DNA of 64,000 nucleotides from an uncultured Acidimicrobiales bacterium. GTDB lineage: Bacteria > Actinomycetota > Acidimicrobiia > Acidimicrobiales > JANYDT01. Of this stretch, positions 36,329 to 45,846 are shown in pieces. Both the position numbers and the translations under genes were made by a program. Positions within the stretch are counted from its first letter, which is position 1. The number at the start of each line of letters is the position of its first letter. Where the stretch lies: positions 559,919 through 623,918 of the forward strand of contig CAVXQD010000007.1 in the NCBI GenBank assembly GCA_963763885.1. The letters run 5' to 3'. The notes below the pieces were generated by a model. That model did no database searches, was not told the origin of the DNA, and saw only the letters and a program-made list of their open reading frames with translations.

Positions 36329-38044
36329 ATGTCCGATTTCAATTCCGCCGCCGTTCATGAAGCAATCGCCGCAGCAAACCCCGATGCCCCCTGCATTATC
36401 TGGCGGGGTCGCACGTGGACGTGGGCCGAAACAACCGAACGGACCAGACGATTCGCCAACTACCTGTTGACTCGCGGCGTCACGGTTCCGGTGGAACGTG
36501 AGTACCTCGACGGGCATGAGTCCGGCCAAGACCACCTTGGCATCTACTTGTTGAACGGCAACGAGTACCTGGAGTGCATGATCGGCGCCTACAAGGCCCG
36601 TGTTGCGCCGTTCAACGTCAACTACCGCTACGTGGCAGAGGAACTGCGTTACCTACTGAACGACGCCAACTGCAAGGTGATCGTGTACCACGCTCGGTTC
36701 GCCCCAACTCTGGCTGAGATCCGCGACAGCCTGCCCAACTTGGAGTTCCTCATCCAGGTGGCAGACGACTCTGGCAACGATCTGCTTCCCGGCGCGGTGG
36801 ACTACGAAACGGCGCTCGCGTCGGCATCGCCCGAACGACCCGAGGTGCAGGTGATGGGAGGCGATTGGGCCCCCGATGACCTCTACATCTTGTACACCGG
36901 CGGCACTACTGGAATGCCGAAGGGCGTGCTGTGGCGTCAGACCGATATCGCCAACGTGGCCATGGGTCTGCACCCTGCAACGGGACCGCACACCAGCTTC
37001 GAAACTATCGAAGAGATTGTCACCAACGCCAGTGGGGCAGGACGCCTGGTCATCCTTCCTGCTGCCCCGTTCATGCATGGTGCTGGCCAGTGGATTGCGT
37101 TTCGGTCGTGGCATACCGGCGGACCGGTCGTGATTCAGAGCGTTGTCGACCGACTTGATCCCGTTGACTTACTTGAGCGGTGTGTTGAGCATGGCGTGCA
37201 GTTCCTACAGATCGTGGGCGACGCGTTTGGCCGGCCATTGGTAGACGAGATCGAACGGGCGGCTGCCGCGGGAACTCCATACGACTTGTCGAAGCTGACG
37301 TATGTGTTGTCCGGAGGTGCCGCACTCAGTGCCCCGTTGAAGAACCGGTTGATGGACGCCCTTCCTCATGCGCTCATCCTCGACGGCGTTGGTTCTTCCG
37401 AAGCCGGCGGCCAGATGGGGCAGGTTTCCACCAAGGCTTCTGGCCAACAGGCCACCACCGGAACATTCCCGAGCACACCAGGAAACTTCGTATTGGCTGA
37501 GGACTTGTCCGGCCCCTTGGACCCTGGCCATGACGGCATTGGTTGGCTGGCGAAAGCCGGTCGGCTTGCGCTTGGATATTTGGGAGACGCCGAGAAGACG
37601 GCCCGTACATTTCCCACGGTGGCCGGAGTGCGGTATTCCGTTCCGGGCGACCGGGCTCGGCTGTTGGAACCCACAGAGGCTTCGATGGGTGCGCCGATGA
37701 TCGAACTACACGGCCGGGACTCGGTCACCATCAATTCGGGCGGCGAGAAGATTTTTGCCGAAGAGGTCGAGGCAGCGATGTTGCATCACGGCGACGTCTA
37801 CGACGTCACGGTTGCGCCACGGCCGAGCGAACGATGGGGCAACGAAGTGGTTGCCATCGTGCAGGTTGCCGAAGGCACCAATCCCACTGACGCCGACCTC
37901 CTGGCCGTCGCCGCCGAGCACATCGCCCGGTACAAGCTGCCGAAGTCGATCGTCCGGGTGGCAAAGATCCAGCGGTCCCCGTCTGGCAAGGCCGACTACC
38001 GCTGGGCCAAAGAAATCGCCGCCACCACAACCCCCGAGGCGTAA
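36329..38044 (+). CDS. AMP-binding acyl-CoA synthetase (FadD-like)
   Basis: MSDFNSAAVHEAIAAANPDAP..., ILYTGGTTGMPKGV (AMP-binding motif I), YLGD, and SGGEKIFAEEVE...YKLPK. The ATG at 36329 was chosen; the track start at 36284 lies inside the repeat. Confidence 0.85.
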   Translation: MSDFNSAAVHEAIAAANPDAPCIIWRGRTWTWAETTERTRRFANYLLTRGVTVPVEREYLDGHESGQDHLGIYLLNGNEYLECMIGAYKARVAPFNVNYRYVAEELRYLLNDANCKVIVYHARFAPTLAEIRDSLPNLEFLIQVADDSGNDLLPGAVDYETALASASPERPEVQVMGGDWAPDDLYILYTGGTTGMPKGVLWRQTDIANVAMGLHPATGPHTSFETIEEIVTNASGAGRLVILPAAPFMHGAGQWIAFRSWHTGGPVVIQSVVDRLDPVDLLERCVEHGVQFLQIVGDAFGRPLVDEIERAAAAGTPYDLSKLTYVLSGGAALSAPLKNRLMDALPHALILDGVGSSEAGGQMGQVSTKASGQQATTGTFPSTPGNFVLAEDLSGPLDPGHDGIGWLAKAGRLALGYLGDAEKTARTFPTVAGVRYSVPGDRARLLEPTEASMGAPMIELHGRDSVTINSGGEKIFAEEVEAAMLHHGDVYDVTVAPRPSERWGNEVVAIVQVAEGTNPTDADLLAVAAEHIARYKLPKSIVRVAKIQRSPSGKADYRWAKEIAATTTPEA

Positions 38045-38092
38045 CCGTCGAGCCGCCACTCGAGGCGTGCTGGGGTGGGGTGCAGTGGGCCT

Positions 38093-38170
38093 GACTGCGG
38101 TTGTCTCCTGCATGGCTGGGCGTGCTGTGCAGCCTGCAGAGCACGCCCCCACCTGCAGAAGACGCCCACA
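38093..38170 (+). repeat. left terminal inverted repeat
   Basis: GACTGCGGTTGTCTCCTGCATGGCTGGGCGTGCTGTGCAGCCTGCAGAGCACGCCCCCACCTGCAGAAGACGCCCACA. It contains the internal palindrome CGTGCTGTGCAG/CTGCAGAGCACG. Confidence 0.9.
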
Positions 38171-38210
38171 CTTTAAGAACGTGTACTGAAAAGCATTGAT
38201 ATAACATAAC

Positions 38211-39248
38211 GTGATGGAACAGAGGTTCGGTGTGGTCAAACGCTCAGAGTTACTTGACCAAGGTTTGTCGCGTGGCCGGATCGACTGGATGGTGAGCTCC
38301 GGTCGCTTGGAACTTGTCCACCGGGGCCTCTACCTCGTGAGGGGACAACCAACTGATTCACGTGACGAATTCGGCTCATCTCCAAACTTCGGAAATTCGT
38401 TCGATCAGGAGAGGGCAAGGGCACATTTGGCTGGGTGCGGACCGGGTGCGGTGCTCAGTCACCACTCCGCCGCAGCGCTCCACGGGTTTGACACCACTCA
38501 CCCACGTCCTTCAGCGGTCTACGTTTCGGCTGGACGAACGTGCGGGGTGCGAGGGAACTCCGAGTTGCTGATTACCCGACCGCGATACCAATCGGAAGTC
38601 ACTCTGATCCAGGGTTTCGCAACTACGTCACGGGCGCAAACAGTTCTCGACCTCGCTGCGATCGTGCCGCCTGTTGAGCTGCGCCGAATCCTCGAATCAG
38701 CCCTGCGCGGAACAGACCCCCGGCGCCCGGATCAGTGGCGCACCGACGTGCTTCTCAATTTGGATCGTCTGACCATTGAACGGCCCCGCAGCAGAGGGGC
38801 TACTGCACTCATTCAGTTGCTTGCAACGAGACCGCCGAACGCCCGTCCAACCGGATCGCTTCCGGAAACCGTCCTGTGGCAGGCGCTTGAATCGTGCGGG
38901 ATCGAGGTCATCCCCCAACCAACGTTGCGAGTACACGTTGGAGAACATCAGGTTCACGTGTACTTTCCAGACCAACTGATCCTGGGTGGCCACGCGCTGG
39001 TTGAGGTGGACGGCGCCGAGCACCTCGAGCCGCAGCGTGCGTACACCGACGCCATCCGTCAAAACCGACTTGTCGGCTTCCATCTGTTTCGGTTTCCAGC
39101 GTCTCGTGTTCTGCACCGCACAGACGAAGTCGTTGCAGAACTGGTGCAACACGTAGCGATGACGCCCTCGCTTGGTAACCAGTGGACCGTCGCAGGACGC
39201 GTCGTCAGCGGAGCGGGCAACGAGTGGACTATTCGTCCTGCTGGCTAG
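38211..39248 (+). CDS. AbiEi-like N-terminal domain / DUF559 (Vsr-like endonuclease fold) C-terminal domain protein
   Basis: N-terminus VVKRSELLDQGLSRGRIDWMVSSGRLELVHRGLYLV (AbiEi_4-like wHTH). C-terminus PQPTLRVHVGEHQVHVYFPDQLILGGHALVEVDGAEHLEPQRAYTDAIRQNRLVGFHLFRF (DUF559, E-V-D-G-x2-H). Confidence 0.7.
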   Translation: MMEQRFGVVKRSELLDQGLSRGRIDWMVSSGRLELVHRGLYLVRGQPTDSRDEFGSSPNFGNSFDQERARAHLAGCGPGAVLSHHSAAALHGFDTTHPRPSAVYVSAGRTCGVRGNSELLITRPRYQSEVTLIQGFATTSRAQTVLDLAAIVPPVELRRILESALRGTDPRRPDQWRTDVLLNLDRLTIERPRSRGATALIQLLATRPPNARPTGSLPETVLWQALESCGIEVIPQPTLRVHVGEHQVHVYFPDQLILGGHALVEVDGAEHLEPQRAYTDAIRQNRLVGFHLFRFPASRVLHRTDEVVAELVQHVAMTPSLGNQWTVAGRVVSGAGNEWTIRPAG

Positions 39249-39274
39249 CTCCGGTTCATGCCGAGCCAAGAAAG

Positions 39275-39352
39275 TTTGGGCGTGCTCTGCAGGTTGGGGC
39301 GTGCTCTGCAGGCTGCACAGCACGACCGGCCATGCAGGAGACAACCACAGTC
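39275..39352 (-). repeat. right terminal inverted repeat
   Basis: Its reverse complement, GACTGTGGTTGTCTCCTGCATGGCCGGTCGTGCTGTGCAGCCTGCAGAGCACGCCCCAACCTGCAGAGCACGCCCAAA, aligns end to end with 38093..38170. Confidence 0.9.
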
Positions 39353-39383
39353 GGGCTAAACCCGCCCGGACGGTGTGCGAGGG

Positions 39384-40292
39384 TCAGCCTTGTTTGATGG
39401 CGTGGCCACCGAAGGAGTTGCGCATGGCGGAGAGCATGCGTAGGCCGTAGGCGTTGTCGTCGCGTGAGGCGAAGCGAGCGAACAACGACGCTGCGATGAC
39501 GTACGCGGGTGCGCCGTATTGCACTGCGGCATCGACGGTCCAACGGCCTTCGCCAGAGTCTTCGACGTATCCCTTCAGGCCGGTCAGCTCCGGATCCTTT
39601 GCCAGGTAACCAGCCAACAGCTCCAACAGCCACGACCGGACCACGGACCCGTGCATCCACGCCTCGGCAAGCGCAGCCTGATCAACGTTGAAGGGACTCT
39701 TTTCGATGATCTCGAAACCCTCGGCGTACGACTGCATCATGGCGTACTCAATGCCGTTGTGGACCATCTTCACGAAGTGGCCAGCCCCATGAGCCTCATC
39801 AACATGGATGAGCCCACCCGTTGACGGGGCCAACGTCTTGAAGATGGGTTCGCAACGCCGATATGCGTCACCCGGGCCGCCGATCATGAGGCAGTACCCA
39901 TTGGCCAAGCCCCAGACACCGCCCGATGTGCCGCTGTCCAACATCGTGATCCCATGCTGTGACAACTGTTCGGCGCGCGCCTGTGTGTCGAGGTACTTCG
40001 AGTTGCCGCCGTCGATGACGATGTCTCCCGCACCGAGTAGACCGCAGAGTGCGTCGACGGTGGACTGAGTTGGCGCCCCTGCAGGCACCATGATCCACAC
40101 AACCCTCTGGCCAACTGGTCCAAGTGCAGCGACCATTTCTTCCAGCGACCCGGCACCAAGCGCACCCTTGGCGACCGAGGCAGCAACGGCGTCGGGGGAA
40201 CGATCAAACGCCACAACCTCGTGACCACCACTGAGCAGCCGCTCAGTCATGTTGGCGCCCATCTTTCCCAAACCAATCATCGAAATACGCAT
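39384..40292 (-). CDS. gnd: 6-phosphogluconate dehydrogenase, decarboxylating (short ~300-aa type)
   Basis: MRISMIGLGKMGANMTERLL..., DGGNS, SGGVWG, GAGHFVKMVHNGIEYAMMQSYAEG, and SRDDNAYGLRMLSAMRNSFGGH. Confidence 0.88.
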   Translation of the reverse strand: MRISMIGLGKMGANMTERLLSGGHEVVAFDRSPDAVAASVAKGALGAGSLEEMVAALGPVGQRVVWIMVPAGAPTQSTVDALCGLLGAGDIVIDGGNSKYLDTQARAEQLSQHGITMLDSGTSGGVWGLANGYCLMIGGPGDAYRRCEPIFKTLAPSTGGLIHVDEAHGAGHFVKMVHNGIEYAMMQSYAEGFEIIEKSPFNVDQAALAEAWMHGSVVRSWLLELLAGYLAKDPELTGLKGYVEDSGEGRWTVDAAVQYGAPAYVIAASLFARFASRDDNAYGLRMLSAMRNSFGGHAIKQG

Positions 40293-40488
40293 CTCGGGAT
40301 CGTACGATGCCCCAGAGGCTCATGAGCGCTTCCGAGTCTCAGGCAACCAAGTAAGGCACCAGACATGAGAGAAACTCCCCCTTCAGGTTCATGTCAGTTT
40401 GGCCGAAGAACCATCCGTGCCAGCCGTGATCGACCCCAGCCCACGGCGTGTACCAGGGACCCCTTCCGGCGGCTCGGGTGAACACGCC

Positions 40489-42429
40489 ATGAACTCCAGT
40501 ACTTCTGCTGCAACCTCCGCTGCCGCTGTGCACGTTGCCGAGTTGCTCGGTGCAACCGCCGAGATGACCGTTCTGGTGGGCGAGGATCGGCGTATTGTCT
40601 ATGCAAGCCCCACTGCGTCGTCACTGCTCGGCCACGACCCGGTTCAGATCGTCGGCGAGCCCGTTTCAAGCCTTGTCCACCCGGCACACGCAACGCCGCT
40701 CGAGGGAGCGCTGACTCAGGTTCTCGCGGGCACTGTTCTTGGCGAGGCCGAGCTTCGATTCCCCCATCGCAGTGGTGCAGGCTCGTTGCCGTTAATGGTT
40801 GGCTTCAACTTGCTCACCACCGAAGGCCAGACCGAGGGCGTCATGATTACCGCCCGTCATATGCCAACGCGGCAGGCCTTTGAAGCTGCGCTCGCTTTCG
40901 ATGACGAAAAGACCAAAGAACTGGGTGCCAAATCACCGCTCGTTCTTTTCACGCTTGACGAGCGCGGCCGCTGTACGTGGATGAACCCCTCCTGGGTGGC
41001 CCTCACCGGCCAATCCGCCGACGAAGCCAAGGGGCTTGGCTGGCTGAAGATGGCCGACGAGCGCGATCGAGACAGCATCAAGACCGTCGCAGCGCAGGCA
41101 CACAAACGCCAGACGGGTTGGCGCCAGCAGTTCCGTGTTGCCGGTTTGAACGACTCGGCCCGTTGGATCGACGGCGCATCAGCCCCTCGCTTCAACCCCG
41201 CAGGCGCAGTGGCCGGCTACATCGTTGTGCTTGCAGACATCACCGACGAAGTCCGTTCGCGTGGCGAAGTCAACAAGCGCACAACCATCGTGGAGTCCAC
41301 CGCCCAGTACGTGGTGATGGATGACCGCAATCAGCGAATTGTGTACGGCTCGCAGGAATCAGCTCCGCTCGCCGACACCCCACCGCTCCCCGCGTCGACG
41401 GACCAGACCCATCGCCCGTCGCTGGGTGCATTGCCGTCGCCATCGCAGACTCAGTACCTCAACGAGATCCGGCCCGCGGTTATCGCCGACGGTGTCTGGA
41501 CGCCCGGCGGGGCCGCACCAGATCAGACCGACTCACAAACGGCAACCACCGTCGAGGCACCCCAGGCACATCAGTCGTTCCAACCCGAAGTTGCCGCCGC
41601 CCCCGAGCACTCCGGCCAACCACTTGCATGGACGTTCGAGACCCCGCTCGAATCCCCCGACGTTGCCGCCCCTGCGTCTTCGTACTTCAACGATCAGTTC
41701 GCAGGCCAAAGCACTCCCGAGTCTGAGCAGCCCTCGGGTTTGGCTTGGTCCGGAGAGGCAGCACCAGAACAAAGCGGTGAGCCACTGCCCGATCAATCCG
41801 GCGAGGCCCTTTACGTGGGCCTGGTTGGCCCATCGGGTCAGGTCGAAAGCATCGCCGCCGTCAGCGACAGCGTGCTGGAACCTACCGAGTTCGAGAACAT
41901 CGTTGATCAGCTTCCCGCCATGGATGCTGTCACGGGTCTCGCCAACCGCGCCCTGTTCCAAGAACGAATTCGCCTAGCGATGACTCGTATGCAGACAGAC
42001 GGTGTGTCTGTTGCGGTGATGTTGGCCAACCTGCACGGGTATGGCGATCTCCGCCGTCAGATTGGCCCCAAGACCGGCGATGATCAGCTGTTCGTGATCT
42101 CGAAACGCCTTGAAGGCACCATTCGTCAGGCAGACACCGCCGCGCGTATCGGCGACGAAGACTTTGCGGTTCTTGGCGTCGGCTGGTTTTTCCCGGGCGA
42201 CGTTGAAAACGCAGCCAAGCGGTTCATCGTCAAGATTCAGGAACCACTGCCGTCAATCGGCGGACAGGTTCAGCTGGCAGCAAGCATGGGCATCGCAATC
42301 GCCCAACGAGACGAGCCGGTTGCAATGATCCTGCGTCGTGCCCAGCGCGCTCGAAAGCTTGCTTATGAGTTGGGTGCAGGCCGCGTCTATGTAGACCACG
42401 GCCCAGATCAGCCACCGACCAAAGCCTGA
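40489..42429 (+). CDS. PAS-domain protein with C-terminal GGDEF-type domain (degenerate active site)
   Basis: Two PAS-like segments (VLVGEDRRIVYASP..., LFTLDERGRCTWMNPSWVALTG...W), a P/S/Q-rich linker, and a GGDEF fold (DAVTGLANRALF...AARIGDEDFAVLG). RIGDEDF replaces RxGGDEF/GGEEF. Start uncertain (40399 or 40489). Confidence 0.75.
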   Translation: MNSSTSAATSAAAVHVAELLGATAEMTVLVGEDRRIVYASPTASSLLGHDPVQIVGEPVSSLVHPAHATPLEGALTQVLAGTVLGEAELRFPHRSGAGSLPLMVGFNLLTTEGQTEGVMITARHMPTRQAFEAALAFDDEKTKELGAKSPLVLFTLDERGRCTWMNPSWVALTGQSADEAKGLGWLKMADERDRDSIKTVAAQAHKRQTGWRQQFRVAGLNDSARWIDGASAPRFNPAGAVAGYIVVLADITDEVRSRGEVNKRTTIVESTAQYVVMDDRNQRIVYGSQESAPLADTPPLPASTDQTHRPSLGALPSPSQTQYLNEIRPAVIADGVWTPGGAAPDQTDSQTATTVEAPQAHQSFQPEVAAAPEHSGQPLAWTFETPLESPDVAAPASSYFNDQFAGQSTPESEQPSGLAWSGEAAPEQSGEPLPDQSGEALYVGLVGPSGQVESIAAVSDSVLEPTEFENIVDQLPAMDAVTGLANRALFQERIRLAMTRMQTDGVSVAVMLANLHGYGDLRRQIGPKTGDDQLFVISKRLEGTIRQADTAARIGDEDFAVLGVGWFFPGDVENAAKRFIVKIQEPLPSIGGQVQLAASMGIAIAQRDEPVAMILRRAQRARKLAYELGAGRVYVDHGPDQPPTKA

Positions 42430-42430
42430 C

Positions 42431-42472
42431 CAGTTCGCTGAGATCAGTTCGCTGAGATCAGTTCGCTGAGAT
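42431..42472. repeat. 3 x 14-bp perfect tandem repeat CAGTTCGCTGAGAT
   Basis: Copies at 42431, 42445 and 42459, starting 2 nt after the GGDEF gene stop and ending 14 nt before the stop of the convergent GlsB gene. Confidence 0.95.
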
Positions 42473-42485
42473 CGGCTTGACCAGC

Positions 42486-42746
42486 TCAGCGTCGCCGTTT
42501 GCCGAAGATGCCACCTGCCACCAGGCAGATGAGCACAGCTCCGATAAACGAAAGCACGATTCCGCGTACCCCGAACTCGTTGATCTTCTCGCTTTCGAAG
42601 ACCTTGGTCGACAGCAATCCGCCGACCACGCCGCCCAGCACCCCAAGCGCGATGGTCCGCAGGCAGCCCTCTTTTTCGTAGCCGGTCACCCGCTGTGCCA
42701 ACGAGCCGGCGATGAGGCCCATAACGATCCAGGAAAGTAGTCCCAT
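42486..42746 (-). CDS. GlsB/YeaQ/YmgE family (transglycosylase-associated) small membrane protein
   Basis: MGLLSWIVMGLIAGSLAQ...LGVLGGVVGG...IGAVLICLVAGGIFGKRRR. Confidence 0.8.
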   Translation of the reverse strand: MGLLSWIVMGLIAGSLAQRVTGYEKEGCLRTIALGVLGGVVGGLLSTKVFESEKINEFGVRGIVLSFIGAVLICLVAGGIFGKRRR

Positions 42747-42813
42747 GCGGCTCACCGTAGCCCGCGGTCAGCTCGTTTTGGCGGCGGCGCCGTCACGTGT
42801 CAGCATTCGACCC

Positions 42814-43629
42814 ATGACCGATCTTGTTCTGCTTGATATCGACCGCGGCGTCGCCACCCTTACCTTCAACCGGCCCGAGGCCAACAACGGATGGACAGGC
42901 CCGTTGGAGCAGCAGTACTACAGCCGCTTGGAGCAATGCGAAGCCGACGACGCCGTCAAGGTAATCGTGATCACGGGCGCAGGACGGTCGTTCTGCCCTG
43001 GCGCTGACATGAAGATGCTGGCAGCTGGTGCCAGCGGCGCCGCTGGCGGCATCGGATCCGGCGATGCTGGCGTTCAACGCCCGCCTCAGCCATTGGTGTA
43101 CCCATCCCGCCACACCAAACCGCTGATCGGTGCCATCAACGGCGCGTGCGCCGGCGTGGGACTTGTGCAGGCGTTGATGATGGACATGCGCTTCGCGGCC
43201 GCTGGAGCAAAGTTCACCGTGGCGTTTGCCCGCCGAGGACTGATTGCCGAATACGGATGCGCGTGGACGCTGCCGCGCATTGTTGGGCAGGCCAACGCGT
43301 TGGATCTGTTGATGTCGTCTCGTGTGGTGCTGGCCGAAGAGGCCCTGCAGATGGGTCTGGTCAACCGCGTGTTCCCAGCAGACGAACTGCTCGCTGCCAC
43401 ACAGGCCTACGCCCGAGACCTTGCAGCTAACTGCTCTCCAACCTCGATGGCCGTCATGAAGCGCCAGGTGGTCCGAGCATGGGAGATGGATCTCCCGCAG
43501 GCGATTGACGAGGCGTTTGACCTCATGAACCGCTCGTTGAAGAAGCCAGACTTTGTCGAGGGCGTCACCAGCTTCCTGGAGAAGCGCGAACCTTCATTCG
43601 GCCCGGTTCAAACCGACCTGATTCCCTAA
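42814..43629 (+). CDS. enoyl-CoA hydratase/isomerase family protein
   Basis: VATLTFNRPEANNGW, VIVITGAGRSFCPGADM, and PLIGAINGACAGVG. Confidence 0.85.
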   Translation: MTDLVLLDIDRGVATLTFNRPEANNGWTGPLEQQYYSRLEQCEADDAVKVIVITGAGRSFCPGADMKMLAAGASGAAGGIGSGDAGVQRPPQPLVYPSRHTKPLIGAINGACAGVGLVQALMMDMRFAAAGAKFTVAFARRGLIAEYGCAWTLPRIVGQANALDLLMSSRVVLAEEALQMGLVNRVFPADELLAATQAYARDLAANCSPTSMAVMKRQVVRAWEMDLPQAIDEAFDLMNRSLKKPDFVEGVTSFLEKREPSFGPVQTDLIP

Positions 43630-43638
43630 ACAGCAGCC

Positions 43639-45846
43639 TCAGCGCAAGCGAGCCACAACGTTGCTCACCAGTCGCTGACCTGACCCGCGCCCCAGGGTCA
43701 TGATGGACTCTGGGTGGAACTGCACAGCTGCAATGGGAAGCGTGCGGTGCTCGATGCCCATCACGATGCCGTCGATGCTATGCGCGCTGACCATCATTTC
43801 TGCCGGCAGTTTGTCCTCGATCGCATAGAGCGAGTGATAGCGGCCGGCCTCGAACGACGGCCCAACTCGATCAAACAAGCCGAACCGTCCGGCAGCCTCG
43901 ATTGCCACTGCGGACGGCTTGCCGTGCATCGGAACCTCTAACTGGCCAAGCGTGCCACCGAAGTGTTCCACCAAGGCCTGCAGGCCAAGGCACACTCCGA
44001 ACACGGCGATCTTGCGATCCAGCGCCATGGCGATGGTTTGCGAGATGCGGAAGTCGGCCGGGCGACCAGGACCAGGCGAAAGCACCACAAGATCTGGCGC
44101 GATTGCGTCAAGCTCGCCCGGATCGAATCCCCACCGCAGCGTGGTCACGTCGGCTCCGGCAGCTCGGAAGTAGCCGGCCAGCGTGTGCACAAACGAATCT
44201 TCGTGGTCCACAAACAACACTCGCCTGGTTGCGACTTCCGCCGCTGAACTGACGCGTGGCGGAGTCTGACCATCGGGCTGGTCGCCCTTCAGCGGAACCT
44301 TGCCTGCCGGATGCGGTGACCTGATGGCGTCGAGGAACGCGCTCGCCTTGAGCTCGGTCTCCTCCTCCTCAGCGACAGGGTCCGAGTCGAACAACAACGT
44401 GGCCCCAACACGCACCTGCGCTGCGCCATCTTTCAGCCGGATGGTACGCAGCGTGAGACCGGTGTTGAGTTTGCCGTCGAAACCGACCATGCCGATGGCG
44501 CCGCCGTACCAGGCACGCTCAGTACGTTCGTGCTTTTCGATCCAACGCATCGCCCAGAGTTTGGGTGCGCCCGTGACGGTCACCGCCCACGTGTGACTGA
44601 GGAAAGCGTCTAGCGCGTCGAACTCTGGACGAAGGATTCCTTCGACGTGATCCACGGTGTGGATGAGGCGGGAGTACAGCTCGATTTGGCGTCGGCCAAG
44701 CACACGGACAGAGCCTGGGATACAGATCCGGGATTTGTCGTTGCGGTCCACGTCGGTGCACATGGTGAGCTCTGACTCGTCCTTCTCACTGTTGAGCAGA
44801 GCAAGAATTTGATGCGCGTCCGAGATGGGGTCAGTACCGCGCGCAATGGTGCCCGAGATTGGGCACGTCTCCACCCTCCAGCGGTTGTCCGCTGTTGGTT
44901 CTACGCGCACATACATTTCCGGTGAAGCACCCACCAGCCATTCGCGTTGGCCAAGGTTGATGAGGAACCCATACGGAGCCGGATTGCGTTCACGGAGTCG
45001 GCGGAACAGCTCCGACGGCTGATGCGCATTTGGCTCTGTGAATCGCTGGCCAGGGACGACCTCAAACAGGTCGCCGCGAGCAAAGCTGATCTTTGCTTTC
45101 TCGACCAACGCTGCGTACTCGCCTGGTTGGTGATCGCAATGGGCGATGACCGTGGGGTCTGGTTCGTAAGGGACCTCTGGACCTTGGCGAGCAAAGGCCG
45201 CTGTGCTGCGCCCATCTACTTCGAACTCGTAGAACCTGGCCTCAGCGCGCTCGTTGCGGTGATCTACAACCAACAGTTCGTCCGGGAGATACAGCACCAA
45301 ATCGCGTTGATCATCTGGACGCGGTGCCCGCAACGGCACCGGGTCGAACTGATACGCCAAGTCGTAGCCAAACGCGCCGTACAGACCAAGGGCTCCGTCG
45401 TCTGGGCTAGCAAACAGATCGGACAGGCACCGAACAACCGAGAACACCGACGGCTGCCGACTGCGCTGCTCCTCTGGAACACGTCCCTGCGCAACCTTCA
45501 CGGCGACGTCGATGTGGTCGTGGTCCGCGTCGAGGTGTTCAACGTGCGGGTGTTCGCTGAGCGCCATGCGGATGACTGGCAGGAGCAACTCGCCACGCTT
45601 CGACGGCGCCTCAATCCGAACCAGTCGGTCTGTTGCGGTGACCACCAACATGGGGTCAGCGAAGCCAAGATCCCATCGGGTGTAACGCCCGGGATATTCG
45701 TAGCTGGATGAAAGCAACACACCGCGCGAACGATCGAGGCGATCGATCAGGCCCTCGATTGCGTCGTGGGCCGCGACCGACGTTGTGCGGCAACGCACAG
45801 TGACGCCGCCGCGGGTGATGTATTCGGTAGTGCTTGTGGGGTTCAT
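43639..45846 (-). CDS. trpE: anthranilate synthase, fused TrpE-TrpG type
   Basis: 735 aa. The N-terminal chorismate-binding domain has SSYEYPGRYTRWDLGF..., SPEMYVRV and AWYGGAIG. The C-terminal class I glutamine amidotransferase has FGVCLGLQAL...HPES. The architecture matches the rhizobial/actinobacterial TrpE(G). Confidence 0.85.
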   Translation of the reverse strand: MNPTSTTEYITRGGVTVRCRTTSVAAHDAIEGLIDRLDRSRGVLLSSSYEYPGRYTRWDLGFADPMLVVTATDRLVRIEAPSKRGELLLPVIRMALSEHPHVEHLDADHDHIDVAVKVAQGRVPEEQRSRQPSVFSVVRCLSDLFASPDDGALGLYGAFGYDLAYQFDPVPLRAPRPDDQRDLVLYLPDELLVVDHRNERAEARFYEFEVDGRSTAAFARQGPEVPYEPDPTVIAHCDHQPGEYAALVEKAKISFARGDLFEVVPGQRFTEPNAHQPSELFRRLRERNPAPYGFLINLGQREWLVGASPEMYVRVEPTADNRWRVETCPISGTIARGTDPISDAHQILALLNSEKDESELTMCTDVDRNDKSRICIPGSVRVLGRRQIELYSRLIHTVDHVEGILRPEFDALDAFLSHTWAVTVTGAPKLWAMRWIEKHERTERAWYGGAIGMVGFDGKLNTGLTLRTIRLKDGAAQVRVGATLLFDSDPVAEEEETELKASAFLDAIRSPHPAGKVPLKGDQPDGQTPPRVSSAAEVATRRVLFVDHEDSFVHTLAGYFRAAGADVTTLRWGFDPGELDAIAPDLVVLSPGPGRPADFRISQTIAMALDRKIAVFGVCLGLQALVEHFGGTLGQLEVPMHGKPSAVAIEAAGRFGLFDRVGPSFEAGRYHSLYAIEDKLPAEMMVSAHSIDGIVMGIEHRTLPIAAVQFHPESIMTLGRGSGQRLVSNVVARLR

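Larger units (their letters stand above)
38093..39352. mobile_element. DUF559/AbiEi gene cassette bounded by 78-bp terminal inverted repeats (putative mobile or formerly mobile unit)
   Basis: Left IR at 38093..38170 and right IR at 39275..39352 are reverse complements (about 72 of 78 identical by eye). An AT-rich promoter-like stretch lies between the left IR and the gene. Confidence 0.5.
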
